Assembly: GCA_001600815.1 (NCBI GenBank)
Contig: BCKZ01000016.1
Location: 62,001 to 104,008 of the forward strand
Direction of reading: 5' to 3'
Length of the DNA stretch: 42,008 nucleotides
Source of the DNA: Alloascoidea hylecoeti
Lineage: Eukaryota
Below, piece by piece: positions 23,621 to 34,152 of the stretch. How positions within the stretch are numbered: the stretch's first letter is position 1; each line of letters begins with the position of its first letter. Made by a program: the position numbers and the translations under genes. Under the pieces are notes generated by a model that saw only the letters and a list, made by a program, of their open reading frames with translations, was not told the origin of the DNA and did no database searches.

Positions 23621-24208
23621 TCAGTAACCTTTTGGATTAACTCTCATTGTAAGTCTTGTCCATTTTGGTACTTCTGTATGATTTTAAAATATGTTAGCAT
23701 AATGACTTTCCTCTCTTTTCCAAATTATACATACTATGAATTCCTTTTCTATAACCCTTTAAATGTTTTCCATAAACGGTATATTTATCAATAGGTAACA
23801 TTTCTGATTCTTTTGGAATTTCGACTTTGGCTCTTTCAATAGATTTACATTGATATCCAGCTTTAGTTAATCCTTCATCAATTGTTGCAATTACTTGATC
23901 AACTGCTTGAAGACGTTTTCTATGTCGATATTTTTGATGTGCTGACATTCTCCATGGTGTTTTCCTATGTTGAAAAAATTATTATTAGATGCTTGATTCT
24001 TATTTTGATTTAAAAGCTGATTTTCATTTCAATATTGATTTTAGATTCGATTTCAATTTATTTTGAATCTTTCGTTGGATGTGACTTTTTACGTGGGATT
24101 AAATTTTTCAACATCTTCCAAATCTATAATCGATTGAAATATATTTGTGAACACTCACCATAGATAACCTCCTAAAGATACTAATGACGGTCGAAAAGCT
24201 CCAAACAT
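23621..24208 (-). CDS. MRPL31: Mitochondrial large-subunit ribosomal protein mL60, three exons (24208-24159, 23964-23735, 23673-23621), 110 aa
   Basis: Introns 24158-23965 (GTGAGT, ATCTAAT, TAG) and 23734-23674 (GTATGT, TGCTAAC, CAG) yield MFGAFRPSLVSLGGYLWKTPWRMS..QK.R.R.RL..VD...DKY......GYRKGIHKVPKWTRLTMRVNPKGY, the Mrpl31 signature. Confidence 0.93.
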
Positions 24209-24655
24209 TGTTCAATGATTAACTTTTTTTACAGTGTCTATGAAATTAAAGGTGATGTTTTTTCATGAAATTTTAGTTCTGAAATATACTTACACATTTC
24301 ATAATTTACGCGTGTGGAATCTTAAGTGACTACACTTAATTTAGGCCATTAAGATTACTAAATATCATCATCATTCTCTAGAATATTTTTGGCGCATTAA
24401 CAGGTTGTATAATTCTAAGCCTATAGATTTTATACCTAGGTATTATAAAACTAAGTATAGTGCAATATACCATGAATTTTCTTAATCTAAAATGAATTAA
24501 ATTATATGTAAATCAAGATAAATGATTATAAGTGTTTTCGATTATAAGAATATACATGTACAGTACATTTTGTTTTCTTGCGATCGGTTGATTATTTTTC
24601 TTTTGAAAAATTTATTATTGAAATATAATAGTATGAATTAATATATTAAATATAT

Positions 24656-25726
24656 TCAAATTATAAGCTGTACCTCATACCATGAAATCAGTTTGTTGAT
24701 ATCATAATCAGTTCCCACGATTTTCGCGGCTGCTTCATAGGTATTGGCATATTCAATAAGAGATTCAGATGAAAGATCTAATTTAAAAGAACGACGGATT
24801 TTATCAGCCTCAATGAATTTGAAAGTTTTAAGCGCTGTAAATATGCAAATATATGAAAGTTGATTTTTTATTAAGAAATCTTTCCCTTCTTGTAATCTTT
24901 TACCATTTTGTATATCCGGTAATAAACCTAATAATTTTTGAAATTCTTTATTTGTATCTTTATTAAAATTAGCCATTTCAAAATATAATTGTACTAAGGA
25001 TAATAATTTCATATTTTTATTAGTAAATCTTGAATTTCTTAAAGATCTATAAAATAAAGCAGAAATAATTATATTTGTAAATGGGTCTTTTTCAATTCCA
25101 GGTCCTGATCTTTCAAAAGTTTCCCTAATAATTTCTTTATATTCTTTATTAACTGCTGGTGATGCAGGTTTTTGAACCTTTACAATAGAAAAGTAGTGAT
25201 ATAAAAATGTTAATCTTACAGTATCAACATCTGTAAGTAATCTTAAACGAAAATTTTTCTTTAGATATATTGAATTTAACGATTCTAAAAAAAGTTTCCT
25301 TTTAACTGATGACAAAAGAAATGCAAAAATATGATCTCTTGTTAAATAACTTTTGTCTGATTCCATTAAGTCAAATAAGTAACTTTTTGTTGTTTCAAAT
25401 TCTTCTAATGTCCTTGCTGATAAAAATGCATCACTTAATAAAGAAGGTAGAATTGAAAGCTTATCATCAGCTTCAATCGCAGTATCATCAATTTTCAATC
25501 TTTTTCGTTGTAGTGTTTTGAAAATCAATTTAAAGTCGTCTTTTGATTTAGGATGAGCTTTCCTATATTGGACATATTCTTGTAACTGTGGTTGGATCTC
25601 ATTCCAAGGTTTGGAATTTAGAGGAGCAATAAGTGGGAAATATGATCGATAAACAAATAATTTCCCAATTGAATTTAAATTATGATCTATATTTGGAGTT
25701 CTCTTAAGACTTTGTATTATGAACAT
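24656..25726 (-). CDS. Hypothetical protein, 356 aa, basic and probably helical; possibly mitochondrial
   Basis: A 1071-nt ATG-TGA ORF is very unlikely by chance in such AT-rich DNA. The N-terminal ~30 aa have one acidic residue and end in an R-S-Y motif like a presequence cleavage site. No family recognised. Confidence 0.75.
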   Translation of the reverse strand: MFIIQSLKRTPNIDHNLNSIGKLFVYRSYFPLIAPLNSKPWNEIQPQLQEYVQYRKAHPKSKDDFKLIFKTLQRKRLKIDDTAIEADDKLSILPSLLSDAFLSARTLEEFETTKSYLFDLMESDKSYLTRDHIFAFLLSSVKRKLFLESLNSIYLKKNFRLRLLTDVDTVRLTFLYHYFSIVKVQKPASPAVNKEYKEIIRETFERSGPGIEKDPFTNIIISALFYRSLRNSRFTNKNMKLLSLVQLYFEMANFNKDTNKEFQKLLGLLPDIQNGKRLQEGKDFLIKNQLSYICIFTALKTFKFIEADKIRRSFKLDLSSESLIEYANTYEAAAKIVGTDYDINKLISWYEVQLII

Positions 25727-26134
25727 GCTTTAAAGACGACAAATACAAGAAATTTCAAAGTTTCAGTATTGTATTTACTTATACACCGGAATATTCCAGC
25801 ACGGATGAAATGGTTAATACAAGCCGAATATTTAGTAATCAGTTCATTTGATTTAAATTAAGTGGAATGACTGTATTCACTCAGCACTAATAATCAAATC
25901 TAATTATAATTAATATACCGGTATAAGAAGTCATATTATATATTCATATACTAATATTCAAATATATAAAACAATTAAACTGATAGTTATACGTGTATAT
26001 AAAATATAACACATAATATTTCAAACAAACTCTCTGCCATTCTTCAAACTTGAAATTTTGAAAAGTATACCTATATCGATTTCAAGGTTATTAATTAACA
26101 TTATATATAGATATTTGATAAAATCTTAGAATTA

Positions 26135-26335
26135 AGTAAACAATAACAACTGCAAAAAAATATTAATATAATTAATTATAAAAAAAAGTATTGAAGAAAT
26201 TCCTGAATCAAGATATTGAACATAATTAATAAATGAGTAAACAACAACATCAAAAAATATTAATATAATTAATATTAAAAAAGAAAAAAAAAGTATTGGA
26301 GAAATTTCTGAACAGATATTTAACATGATTAATAA
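26135..26335. repeat. Diverged ~101-bp tandem duplication (2 copies) downstream of the RING gene
   Basis: Both copies (26135-26232, 26236-26335) share agtaaacaa.aaca...caaaaaa(a)tattaatataattaat...aaaaaaagtattg.agaaatt.ctgaa..agatatt.aacat.attaataa. Confidence 0.85.
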
Positions 26336-26526
26336 TCTTGTAATTAATTGCTGATCATGAATCAACATAGAAAAAATAATACATCATTAACAAGTATAAG
26401 AAAAAGTAAAAAGTAAAAAAAGTTTAAACAAATCGATTATAAACAATCTATTAAAATTAAACAGACATAAAAACTCCATGACCATTTTCTTCAAATTGGA
26501 CAATTGTAATAAAAAAAAATTCTTCA

Positions 26527-27876
26527 CTAATGAATATTTGCTCTAGGTGGTGGTCGTGGGAAAAATGTTTGAACCAAAATTCGAGGTCGCTGGCCAAGTG
26601 CAAACCGTACATTAGGTCGTACCGGATGTCGATCTATTTCGTTAGTATTCACCGTCGTGGTTGCTTCAATTGGATTATTAGCTTGCATTCTTCTAACTCT
26701 TCGTGGATTTGGGCCCATATCGAATATATTGTGAAAATTTTCCACGAAGCGATTCGCATATACTCTCCTATTATTATTAGGAAGGCCTTCTTCGATATCA
26801 CGTTCTCTTACAAGATCGGGTCTGATCCTATTGGTAAAGTCATGGAAAAAGCCTCCATTTACTAGTGCTTCTTCTAAGCTATTAGTAACTTGATTCTCAG
26901 AACCGCTTAAATCAAGTTTACATAACGGACAGCATGCCCTTCGAGTTGTTAACCAATGAGATATACATTCAGGGTGAAATACATGATGACAAGGTAATGG
27001 GATAACTTCATCGTCGTCCTCTATATCTTCCAGACAAATAGCACATGTTGCTGAATCGACTGGTAAAAAGGAGGAGGGATCTAAAGAAGCCTTTGCCAAG
27101 GTAACAATATGAGAATCTTTTGGTGAGATATCGATATTTTGTTTTACTGCAGGGTTATCATCATTGTTATCTGTATCATGCAGCACGGGATCGGTCTTAG
27201 TTTTTGAGGATGACGGTGGTGAGACTGAAGAAGATACACTTCTTGATTCTGATTGCGATTGAGATAACGATCGTGATTGTGAGGTCGATACAACATTAGC
27301 TGAATCAATATCAGAACTCGAAGTTCCTATATCTGTAGTTGTAGTTGTAGTTGTAGTTGTAGTTGTTGTTGTCGTTGTTAGCTCACTCTTTTTACCTTTT
27401 TGGTTTTGTTCTTTTTCAAGATCTTCTTTCCATACTTTATAGGGCATGGCTGGAAATTTTTCTTCCATGTCTTTTACAGGTATAGTAGGAAGCTTGTTTC
27501 TTCGAAATGGAGTTATTCCTCCTAATGCTATTTCTTCAGATCCTCCCTCTCTTCTTGCTCTAATCATTTCGGCATAATCAGGTCTTAAAGCAGTTATATC
27601 AATAGTATCATCATCAGCCAGCATTTGTAATCTTCTGTTCCTAATGCAGTACCTAACAGATAGAAGCGTCCATAATAAAACAAATAGAATTCCAATGCCA
27701 AGAGCAATAAAAAATAAGTATTTTGAAGAGCCTGCGTTGATTGATCCAGATCCCGTACTTGTTGTTGAACTTGTGGGTACAGAACTTGAAGCTCTAGCAG
27801 TGGACAACAGTGTAGCAGTAGACGACGGCATCACATCTAAAAACGAGGCTACTTGTGTGTGTAGAGTTGCACTCAT
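26527..27876 (-). CDS. Single-pass membrane RING-H2 E3 ubiquitin ligase (ATL/RNF-like), 449 aa
   Basis: Ser/Thr-rich N-terminus, TM helix YLFFIALGIGILFVLLWTLLSV followed by basic residues, and RING-H2 CAICLED...LPCHHVFHPECISHWL.....CPLC. Confidence 0.9.
   Translation of the reverse strand: MSATLHTQVASFLDVMPSSTATLLSTARASSSVPTSSTTSTGSGSINAGSSKYLFFIALGIGILFVLLWTLLSVRYCIRNRRLQMLADDDTIDITALRPDYAEMIRARREGGSEEIALGGITPFRRNKLPTIPVKDMEEKFPAMPYKVWKEDLEKEQNQKGKKSELTTTTTTTTTTTTTTTDIGTSSSDIDSANVVSTSQSRSLSQSQSESRSVSSSVSPPSSSKTKTDPVLHDTDNNDDNPAVKQNIDISPKDSHIVTLAKASLDPSSFLPVDSATCAICLEDIEDDDEVIPLPCHHVFHPECISHWLTTRRACCPLCKLDLSGSENQVTNSLEEALVNGGFFHDFTNRIRPDLVRERDIEEGLPNNNRRVYANRFVENFHNIFDMGPNPRRVRRMQANNPIEATTTVNTNEIDRHPVRPNVRFALGQRPRILVQTFFPRPPPRANIH
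27334..27378 (-). repeat. (ACAACT)n/(ACA)n coding microsatellite, poly-Thr in the RING gene
   Basis: Repeated gtagtt/gtt units on +, 15 consecutive Thr codons. Confidence 0.88.
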
Positions 27877-28035
27877 AAAGTTGAATGAGAAGTTGAGGAT
27901 TAATTATTTCTAAGAATTGCTGATGGTAATTCCTAACTAACTTCCCTCGGCCCACAGTGGCATACCTCCACACATCTACCTTTGCCATATGTCTTCTTGC
28001 GGCAGATGCATTTCAAGTGGAAACGATAACCTAAA

Positions 28036-28647
28036 ATGGATTACGAATTGGAGAAAAGGGTCAAACAATTAGAAAATTGGTTAGAAATTGAAACTGATGT
28101 AAATGACGGAAAAGTACTCGAGGAATTAGCTGTGTTGAGAGTACGTGTTGACACATTGGCTACGGAAACAAAAGTCGACACATTAATTAGACAATTACAT
28201 GATATTGGAATATCTTTCCCTTTGAGATCTTATGATGAGAAAAAGGAAGGTGAAAACAAAAGAAGTTTAACTAGTGAGCACACCAATAAGAAAGAAGAAG
28301 AAGAAGAATGGGATGAAAAAGAAAAAGAAAATATTGAAGAGAAGAAGAAGAACATATTAATGACCTTACCATCAATTTTAAATCAATTACAATCATTAGA
28401 AAATTTATCAATACCATCAACTTTACAATCCCAGGAAATTTTGGATCAATCTGATATAATAAACAAACAAAAAAATTATATCGAATTATTAATAAAAAAT
28501 TATAATCTATTATCAATTCGTACAACAAAAGCACTAGAAGAATATGTTAAATTGATCATTAATGAAAATAATGAATGGGGTAATCTTGAAAAAAGATTAG
28601 AAATCATTGAGAGGAGGATCAATGAAGTAGAAGAGGAAGCATACTAA
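28036..28647 (+). CDS. LDB18: Probable dynactin subunit p24/DCTN3 (Ldb18/RO10-like) coiled-coil protein, 203 aa
   Basis: Size (~200 aa), N-terminal LEKRVKQLE..L and C-terminal Y..L..RT...LEEY......N..W..LE.RL..IER pattern resemble p24/RO10; family is poorly conserved, so the symbol is tentative. Confidence 0.6.
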   Translation: MDYELEKRVKQLENWLEIETDVNDGKVLEELAVLRVRVDTLATETKVDTLIRQLHDIGISFPLRSYDEKKEGENKRSLTSEHTNKKEEEEEWDEKEKENIEEKKKNILMTLPSILNQLQSLENLSIPSTLQSQEILDQSDIINKQKNYIELLIKNYNLLSIRTTKALEEYVKLIINENNEWGNLEKRLEIIERRINEVEEEAY

Positions 28648-28999
28648 AAATCTGTTTGTATACTAGCATTTTGCATTGTTATCCTTTTATTAAACTTATA
28701 ATCAAGACTGAACTTGGTATATGGAAAGGTATCCTAGTCTTTTTTTTATTTTAACTACAATGGGTGACTGTGAAATACTTTGGTATGATATTCTACCATT
28801 AACTATAGGTATGCCTGTTACGGTATAGAATACTACATATTTACCGTAACATAAGTTTGAAATTTTCACCTAATATATGTAACAGTTCATGAATATAATG
28901 AATTCAAGGTTCGGGATATAAATAACATTAATATTACATGAATACAAATCGAATAAATGAAACAAATATAGAAAGTAAGGCATCTAGTATATATATATA

Positions 29000-31981
29000 T
29001 TTTCAAATTTAAATATCATAATTACATTAACTCAATATATTGGTAGAACTCTACGAATAACTTTGCAAACTCTAGAGTTAAATACCAGAGTACCAGCTTC
29101 TACTCATTGTTTAAAACATGTAGAAGAACTGATTGCTTTGGCAAAAATTTAAACTGCCAATTTCTTTTTCTGTGAAGAGGCTATTAAAGCTCTAAATTAA
29201 ACTATTTACTTTGCATGAGTACTAATTACTTCACTAACAAAGAAACATGGATGTAAAGACCTTTACAGACTAAAATACCTGTGAATGGCATTGAGTGCTA
29301 TAAGCTCAGTCGTGTTTGATCCTTTTTGTGTAGTATAGTAACGCTAAGGGAATATAGTTTAATGTTAAACATTAACTAACCACAACCCAGTCACTCTCCA
29401 GATAATAAGGGAGATTGCAGGTCACTTGTAAGCTTTATGGTAGTATATAAACATGTAGCCTATAATATACGGAAAGCACTAGCATTCCTCACTCTAACAA
29501 TTTATCACTCAATAGCTTATAATGTGCCCGGGATTAAGCAATTGTCCTTAAACCAGAAACGCAAAGCTCATATCTCACTCAAGTCAGATTGAAATGTCAT
29601 TCAAACAATTAATTAGTGTTATTGCAGTTAAGTATTTAGCGTTACAATACTTCACTGCCACAAATAGCTGCACAAACAGCACTACCAAATCGTCCTAGGT
29701 AATGTTCCCTCTATTTTAAAACTACTGGACAGTGGAAACCAATTAGTTAATTAAAAGGTCAATAACATTAATAAACCAATAGTTGATTATAAATTAGTAT
29801 TTTACAGCTAGTGTTGTAATTGTGTTATTTTTATATTCTAAATTTAAATTGATGAAGCTGAAGTATTGGTTTATTAATATTGGTGGCTCTTATATCTTAT
29901 CTTATCAATGCATTTTTCACGTATTTAACTATAGTTCATAATTAAATTAGAATCCCGAATTTTATACCGGTAATTATCATCTCCTAAACTGGAGACTATG
30001 TCTATTTCAATACTGGTATTAAGATCTTATGGTTTATCAATTAACAACTGCCCATTCACTATCCATAGCAACCGTCCACAAATATACCATAAGAAACTAC
30101 ACAAGTATAGTTCAGACAATCTACATCTCTCAGGTCAGAAATTATGTGCCGAGATAGCTGACACTTTGATAAGTGTTCGAACCGTGTATTGACATCCAAT
30201 AAGATACTTGCAGGTACCAAAAGATTCAATATACCACGATGCAATCAATCCCAAAGAATTCTTGAAGAAGTGCAGTAATGTAAAAAACACAGTTAAACCG
30301 ATTACTAAAGAGACTGATGAACAAAGCACTATATGAGGTGGTCGGCTGATTTTGTGGAATAATATTCGATTTATAAGAAGGTTGCTCATCTGCTGCATAT
30401 GTTTGAGTCCTATCAGCCCTTAATTCATTGATGTGCCAATTCACTGGAAAATTCGAATGGGCCATGTTCTGGAGTCCAAGATTGTACCTATTCTTAACAT
30501 TGATGAAATCGTGGAAATGGTGAATTATGCGGAGAATATGCCTAAAAATGTTTTTGCATTTGTGTTTGTGTTTCTCATAGTGTAGATGTGCTAGAACTAC
30601 CATAAATTTATATATCCCTCACTAACTCATTTAACATGAAATTTTTTATTCCCATGATGTCAAAATATCTCTTATCAATTTAAATTGTATCGCTCTCAGT
30701 TGTACTTCCTGGTTATCATATGATGCAACAAGTGTATATATTTTTGGTAGGGTTTGTATTCCTTATTCAGGTAGAGGTAACCAAGATGATTGATACCTGT
30801 CTTAGCAGTAATAGTCCTAGACTATTAGTTAGGTATAGTTAAGTTTTCGAAGTCTATACCGCTATATACGGGCTCTTTTAGCGCTAACTATAGCTTTTCC
30901 GATTTATCTCATATTACTATCATTGAAGGGAGATGAAATTTTATTTGAAGACCTTCCTGGAGATGTCTTAGAATGTAACTAAACCAAATAGCATGAGAGT
31001 TATATATAGTTAAAAAAGATAGGAAATGTTTCGTGATATTCACACAAAAGCTGTATTTTAATAGTTTATGTTGATGATCTTTTGTTCGGTTTTAAACCTG
31101 ATGACGTCGAGGATATGATAAGAATAATTTCAACTTTTGAGCTCCACAAATTTGTTTCCCTACAAGTAGAGAGAACACTAAATGGTTTATTAATACATCA
31201 ACATGCCTATATTGATAAAATGTTATCACAAATTGTGTTGACGAAGAAACTATAAAATCAATTGGAAGAATCATTTTTTATATTAGAAACACAAAAGACT
31301 TATCGTTATTTTACTCTTTTTCTACCAACACAAATAGTATCACAGCATTCGCAGACTCAAGATATAACAACGAACTAAATACATGAAGACCAACGTTTTC
31401 TAATATTATATTAATCAACAATTGTGCCATAAGTTGGGAAAGTCAACTCTCGGATAGAGTCTCACGTTCAACAGTTTCTGCGGAAATAAAAGGTATATAA
31501 CATGCTGTTCTAGAGGCTATATCAGTACAACCATTTCTACAAAATTTATACAACAGAAATATAGGTATAAACATCATGGACGATAATAAAGGAAGCATTA
31601 GTGCCATTATAACCAACAAAAGAGTTTAAGATAGTACAACTCATATGCAAATCGCTTGGATAAATGAAAAAGCTGGAAATCTTGCGATCACATTACATCA
31701 TGTGAGAACTGAATTGAACATCTCCGACTCATTCATTAACTAAGCCCACTTCTTCTGCCATTATTAACACATTAATCAACTATATATTTCACAAAGTCGA
31801 TTAAAAAAAAACCGGGGTATGTCACAAATAGAGTTTTCTATTTGATGTAAATATTTTACCGAAAGAAATTCACTACAATTCGAAGAGTAGTTCCAATTAA
31901 AATGTTACAATGATTTCAATACAAAAAATAAGTAATAAGAAACTCATATACAATTGGAGGGGTTTAGAAACCAAATTGACA
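29000..31981 (+). mobile_element. Heavily decayed, internally deleted Ty1/copia LTR retrotransposon remnant
   Basis: Firm: RT motifs AIYGL (30861-30875) and ILIVYVDDLLF (YVDD 31067-31078), then RNase H AFADS..ISWES.....V..ST..AE...DN...I...H V.TE.N.SD..TKP (31339-31747) with stops at 31384, 31498 and 31627. A PPT-like CCGGGGTA is followed by TGTCA at 31820 (LTR start). Tentative: protease LLDSG (29722-29736) and pre-integrase-like WKIRMGH (30445-30465). Outer boundaries uncertain. Confidence 0.8.
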
Positions 31982-32955
31982 AAAGCAAAGCTATAAGATG
32001 TGATTTATTCTATAAGTCTCTAAGCTTTAAATGATGATCAATATTGTACAATGATATCATGAACTTATTCGACTCAATAAATTAAAATCTGGATGATAGT
32101 TCAGATTTCTTAAAAAAGATCCTTGAGAAGGTCCTACAAATATTGATATTGTAAAATCACTTTATTACAAGTATAACCACCAATGGCAAGTTAAGGTATT
32201 CTAAATTTTAATGATGGGCGCGAAATCCATAGATCTACCAAAATTTTAATATATGATGAAACTACTGCAGCTGCAGCTGCAAATCCATTTGTATCCACTG
32301 TCCAGCGAAAATTGGATTGAACAATGACCGCCCCGATCAATTGTCCAAAGGCGTTAAACTTTCCATGTCAGGAAATCAATCGATCGCGATATATCCTAAA
32401 GAAAGTAACATGTTCCATATATACTATATAGAGACCTGTCTTAAATTTTTAACTTATATATCATAATCGCATGTGGATGAAGTATCAATAATATTACTAG
32501 GTTTGTTCCAATTGAATATATAATACACAACATGTATTTATTGTACAGCTAAATATTTTTTATAACTATATCCTAAATTTATAATAGATTTTAACTTCAC
32601 TATCCTTAAGCTTAAACTTTCAATTACAAGATAGGTGCAATTGCAATTAATTATAACAAAATTGGGAACTTCCATTCGAACTGGCTGGTAATAGATTTCT
32701 TAAAATGTAGATCTATAGATAGATAATATAAATATTGGGGTATTTTAGGATTAACTGTTTATCGTACTTTGCAGTGATTAATCATGTCAGTCTATTCATG
32801 TTAATTTTCTATCATAAAGTTGAAATTAAGAAAGATTTGACATACATGTAGTAACTACTACTATATATGAATTTATCAATATAGAATATTTTATTAGATA
32901 TGAAGTCTATAACAAGTCCTTCATTTTTATTATGCTATTTTAAATAAAATTATAA

Positions 32956-33504
32956 TTAATAAAAGAAGGCTAGTATAGAACCACCAATAGCAGTAGCACC
33001 TAACATTAAATAACCAGTTCTATAAACACCTTTAACAGTTAATTCTTTAGTATAATCCCAAACTAAATGTCTGACACCATTGAAAGCATGATAAGCAAAT
33101 GGGAAAGAATAAACAACTTTTAAACCACCTTTAACTAACACTGGTAATGTACCGATTGTTGCGGCAATTGCAGCTGTATCGATTCCAAGACCTAAGATTG
33201 AAGATGCAGCATAGGTACAAGTGATACCGAAAAATGTGAACCCTAAAATGACACCAGTAAGTCTATGAACACCGGATAAGATCCATGTTAGTTGAGGTTG
33301 ATAAATATCAAGATGTGGAGAAGTTGGTCTATTTTTTCGTTGTTCAACAAGAATTGACTGCTCTTCATCAGCAGTTGTGACTCTGGTTGAAATAGTTTGA
33401 ATGCGACGAATACCCAAAACGGCAGATGGGATTGTTGATCGACAAGCAAGTAAAGAAGGATTAGCCAGTCTTAAAGACCTAAATGTGATGGTTCGTAAGG
33501 ACAT
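32956..33504 (-). CDS. SDH3: Succinate dehydrogenase cytochrome b560 subunit, 182 aa
   Basis: The ORF-track start at 33615 is TTG inside the promoter. ATG 33504 begins an Arg-rich presequence, then QRKNRPTSPHLDIYQPQLTW..S..HRLTG and YH..NG.RHLVWD. Confidence 0.95.
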   Translation of the reverse strand: MSLRTITFRSLRLANPSLLACRSTIPSAVLGIRRIQTISTRVTTADEEQSILVEQRKNRPTSPHLDIYQPQLTWILSGVHRLTGVILGFTFFGITCTYAASSILGLGIDTAAIAATIGTLPVLVKGGLKVVYSFPFAYHAFNGVRHLVWDYTKELTVKGVYRTGYLMLGATAIGGSILAFFY

Positions 33505-33537
33505 TTTTTGTGTTTGAACGTGGTGTGGAGGAAGAAT

Positions 33538-33694
33538 ATTTATAAAAGGTGGTTCACACGTGAGAACTTTTGAGCGTTTTTCTAAACAATTGCGGAGACA
33601 CACCCGTTCAGCCAATCATCGGTCCGGATCAAAGAGCGGACTCCGATCGGGAATACTCACAAATATAATTACATTTCTGAATCCAGTGATTGGC
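33538..33694 (-). promoter_or_regulatory. SDH3 promoter: TATAAA (~33538-33544), CACGTG E-box (33557-33562) and two CCAATCA boxes (33612-33618 on +, 33687-33693 on -)
   Basis: Motifs read directly. CCAATCA is the preferred Hap2/3/5 site and SDH genes are established Hap targets. Confidence 0.6.
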
Positions 33695-34152
33695 GGTGTA
33701 CGGGTGTTGAAATACATTCATTTCATGGTACAACTCCACATCATTATTCGCAGGATAATTCGTCTACTAGTAGGAAACCAATTGTGCTTATCTTCGCTTT
33801 ACTTCTTCGTTCTTCTAATGGAAAGCAAATAGCAAATTCTATTAAGTGATTTCATTATATATAAATAATATACATACAAATTTTAATCATAATATAAAAA
33901 CATAATAAAAAAGAAAAAATTAAAAAGAATTTTTAACAAATTCTTTATAAATATAAAAATGCAAATCTAACTAAATTATAAACTAATTATTTATAAATTA
34001 ATTACTAACTATCAGCCTTTTTATAACCAACGCTCAATTACACCAAACATTACCTATAAAAAGCAATTTCTAATTCTAGTTTCTCATTCATTCATTCATG
34101 CATGATCGTCATGATTCACACGACATTTTTTAAAAAATTTTAAAAGTTTTTT

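Noticed and set aside
23965..24158. Long MRPL31 intron 1 as a snoRNA host
   Set aside because: No C/D boxes or H/ACA hairpins visible.
29346..29420. AAGGGAATATAGTTTAATGTTAAAC resembles the 5' end of a mitochondrial tRNA (NUMT)
   Set aside because: No anticodon stem, T-loop (GTTC) or acceptor-stem partner follows.
30059..31274. Minus-strand ORFs 30059-30244, 30135-30398, 30226-30603 and 31092-31274 as genes
   Set aside because: Antisense to decayed element sequence, mutually overlapping, no recognisable motifs.
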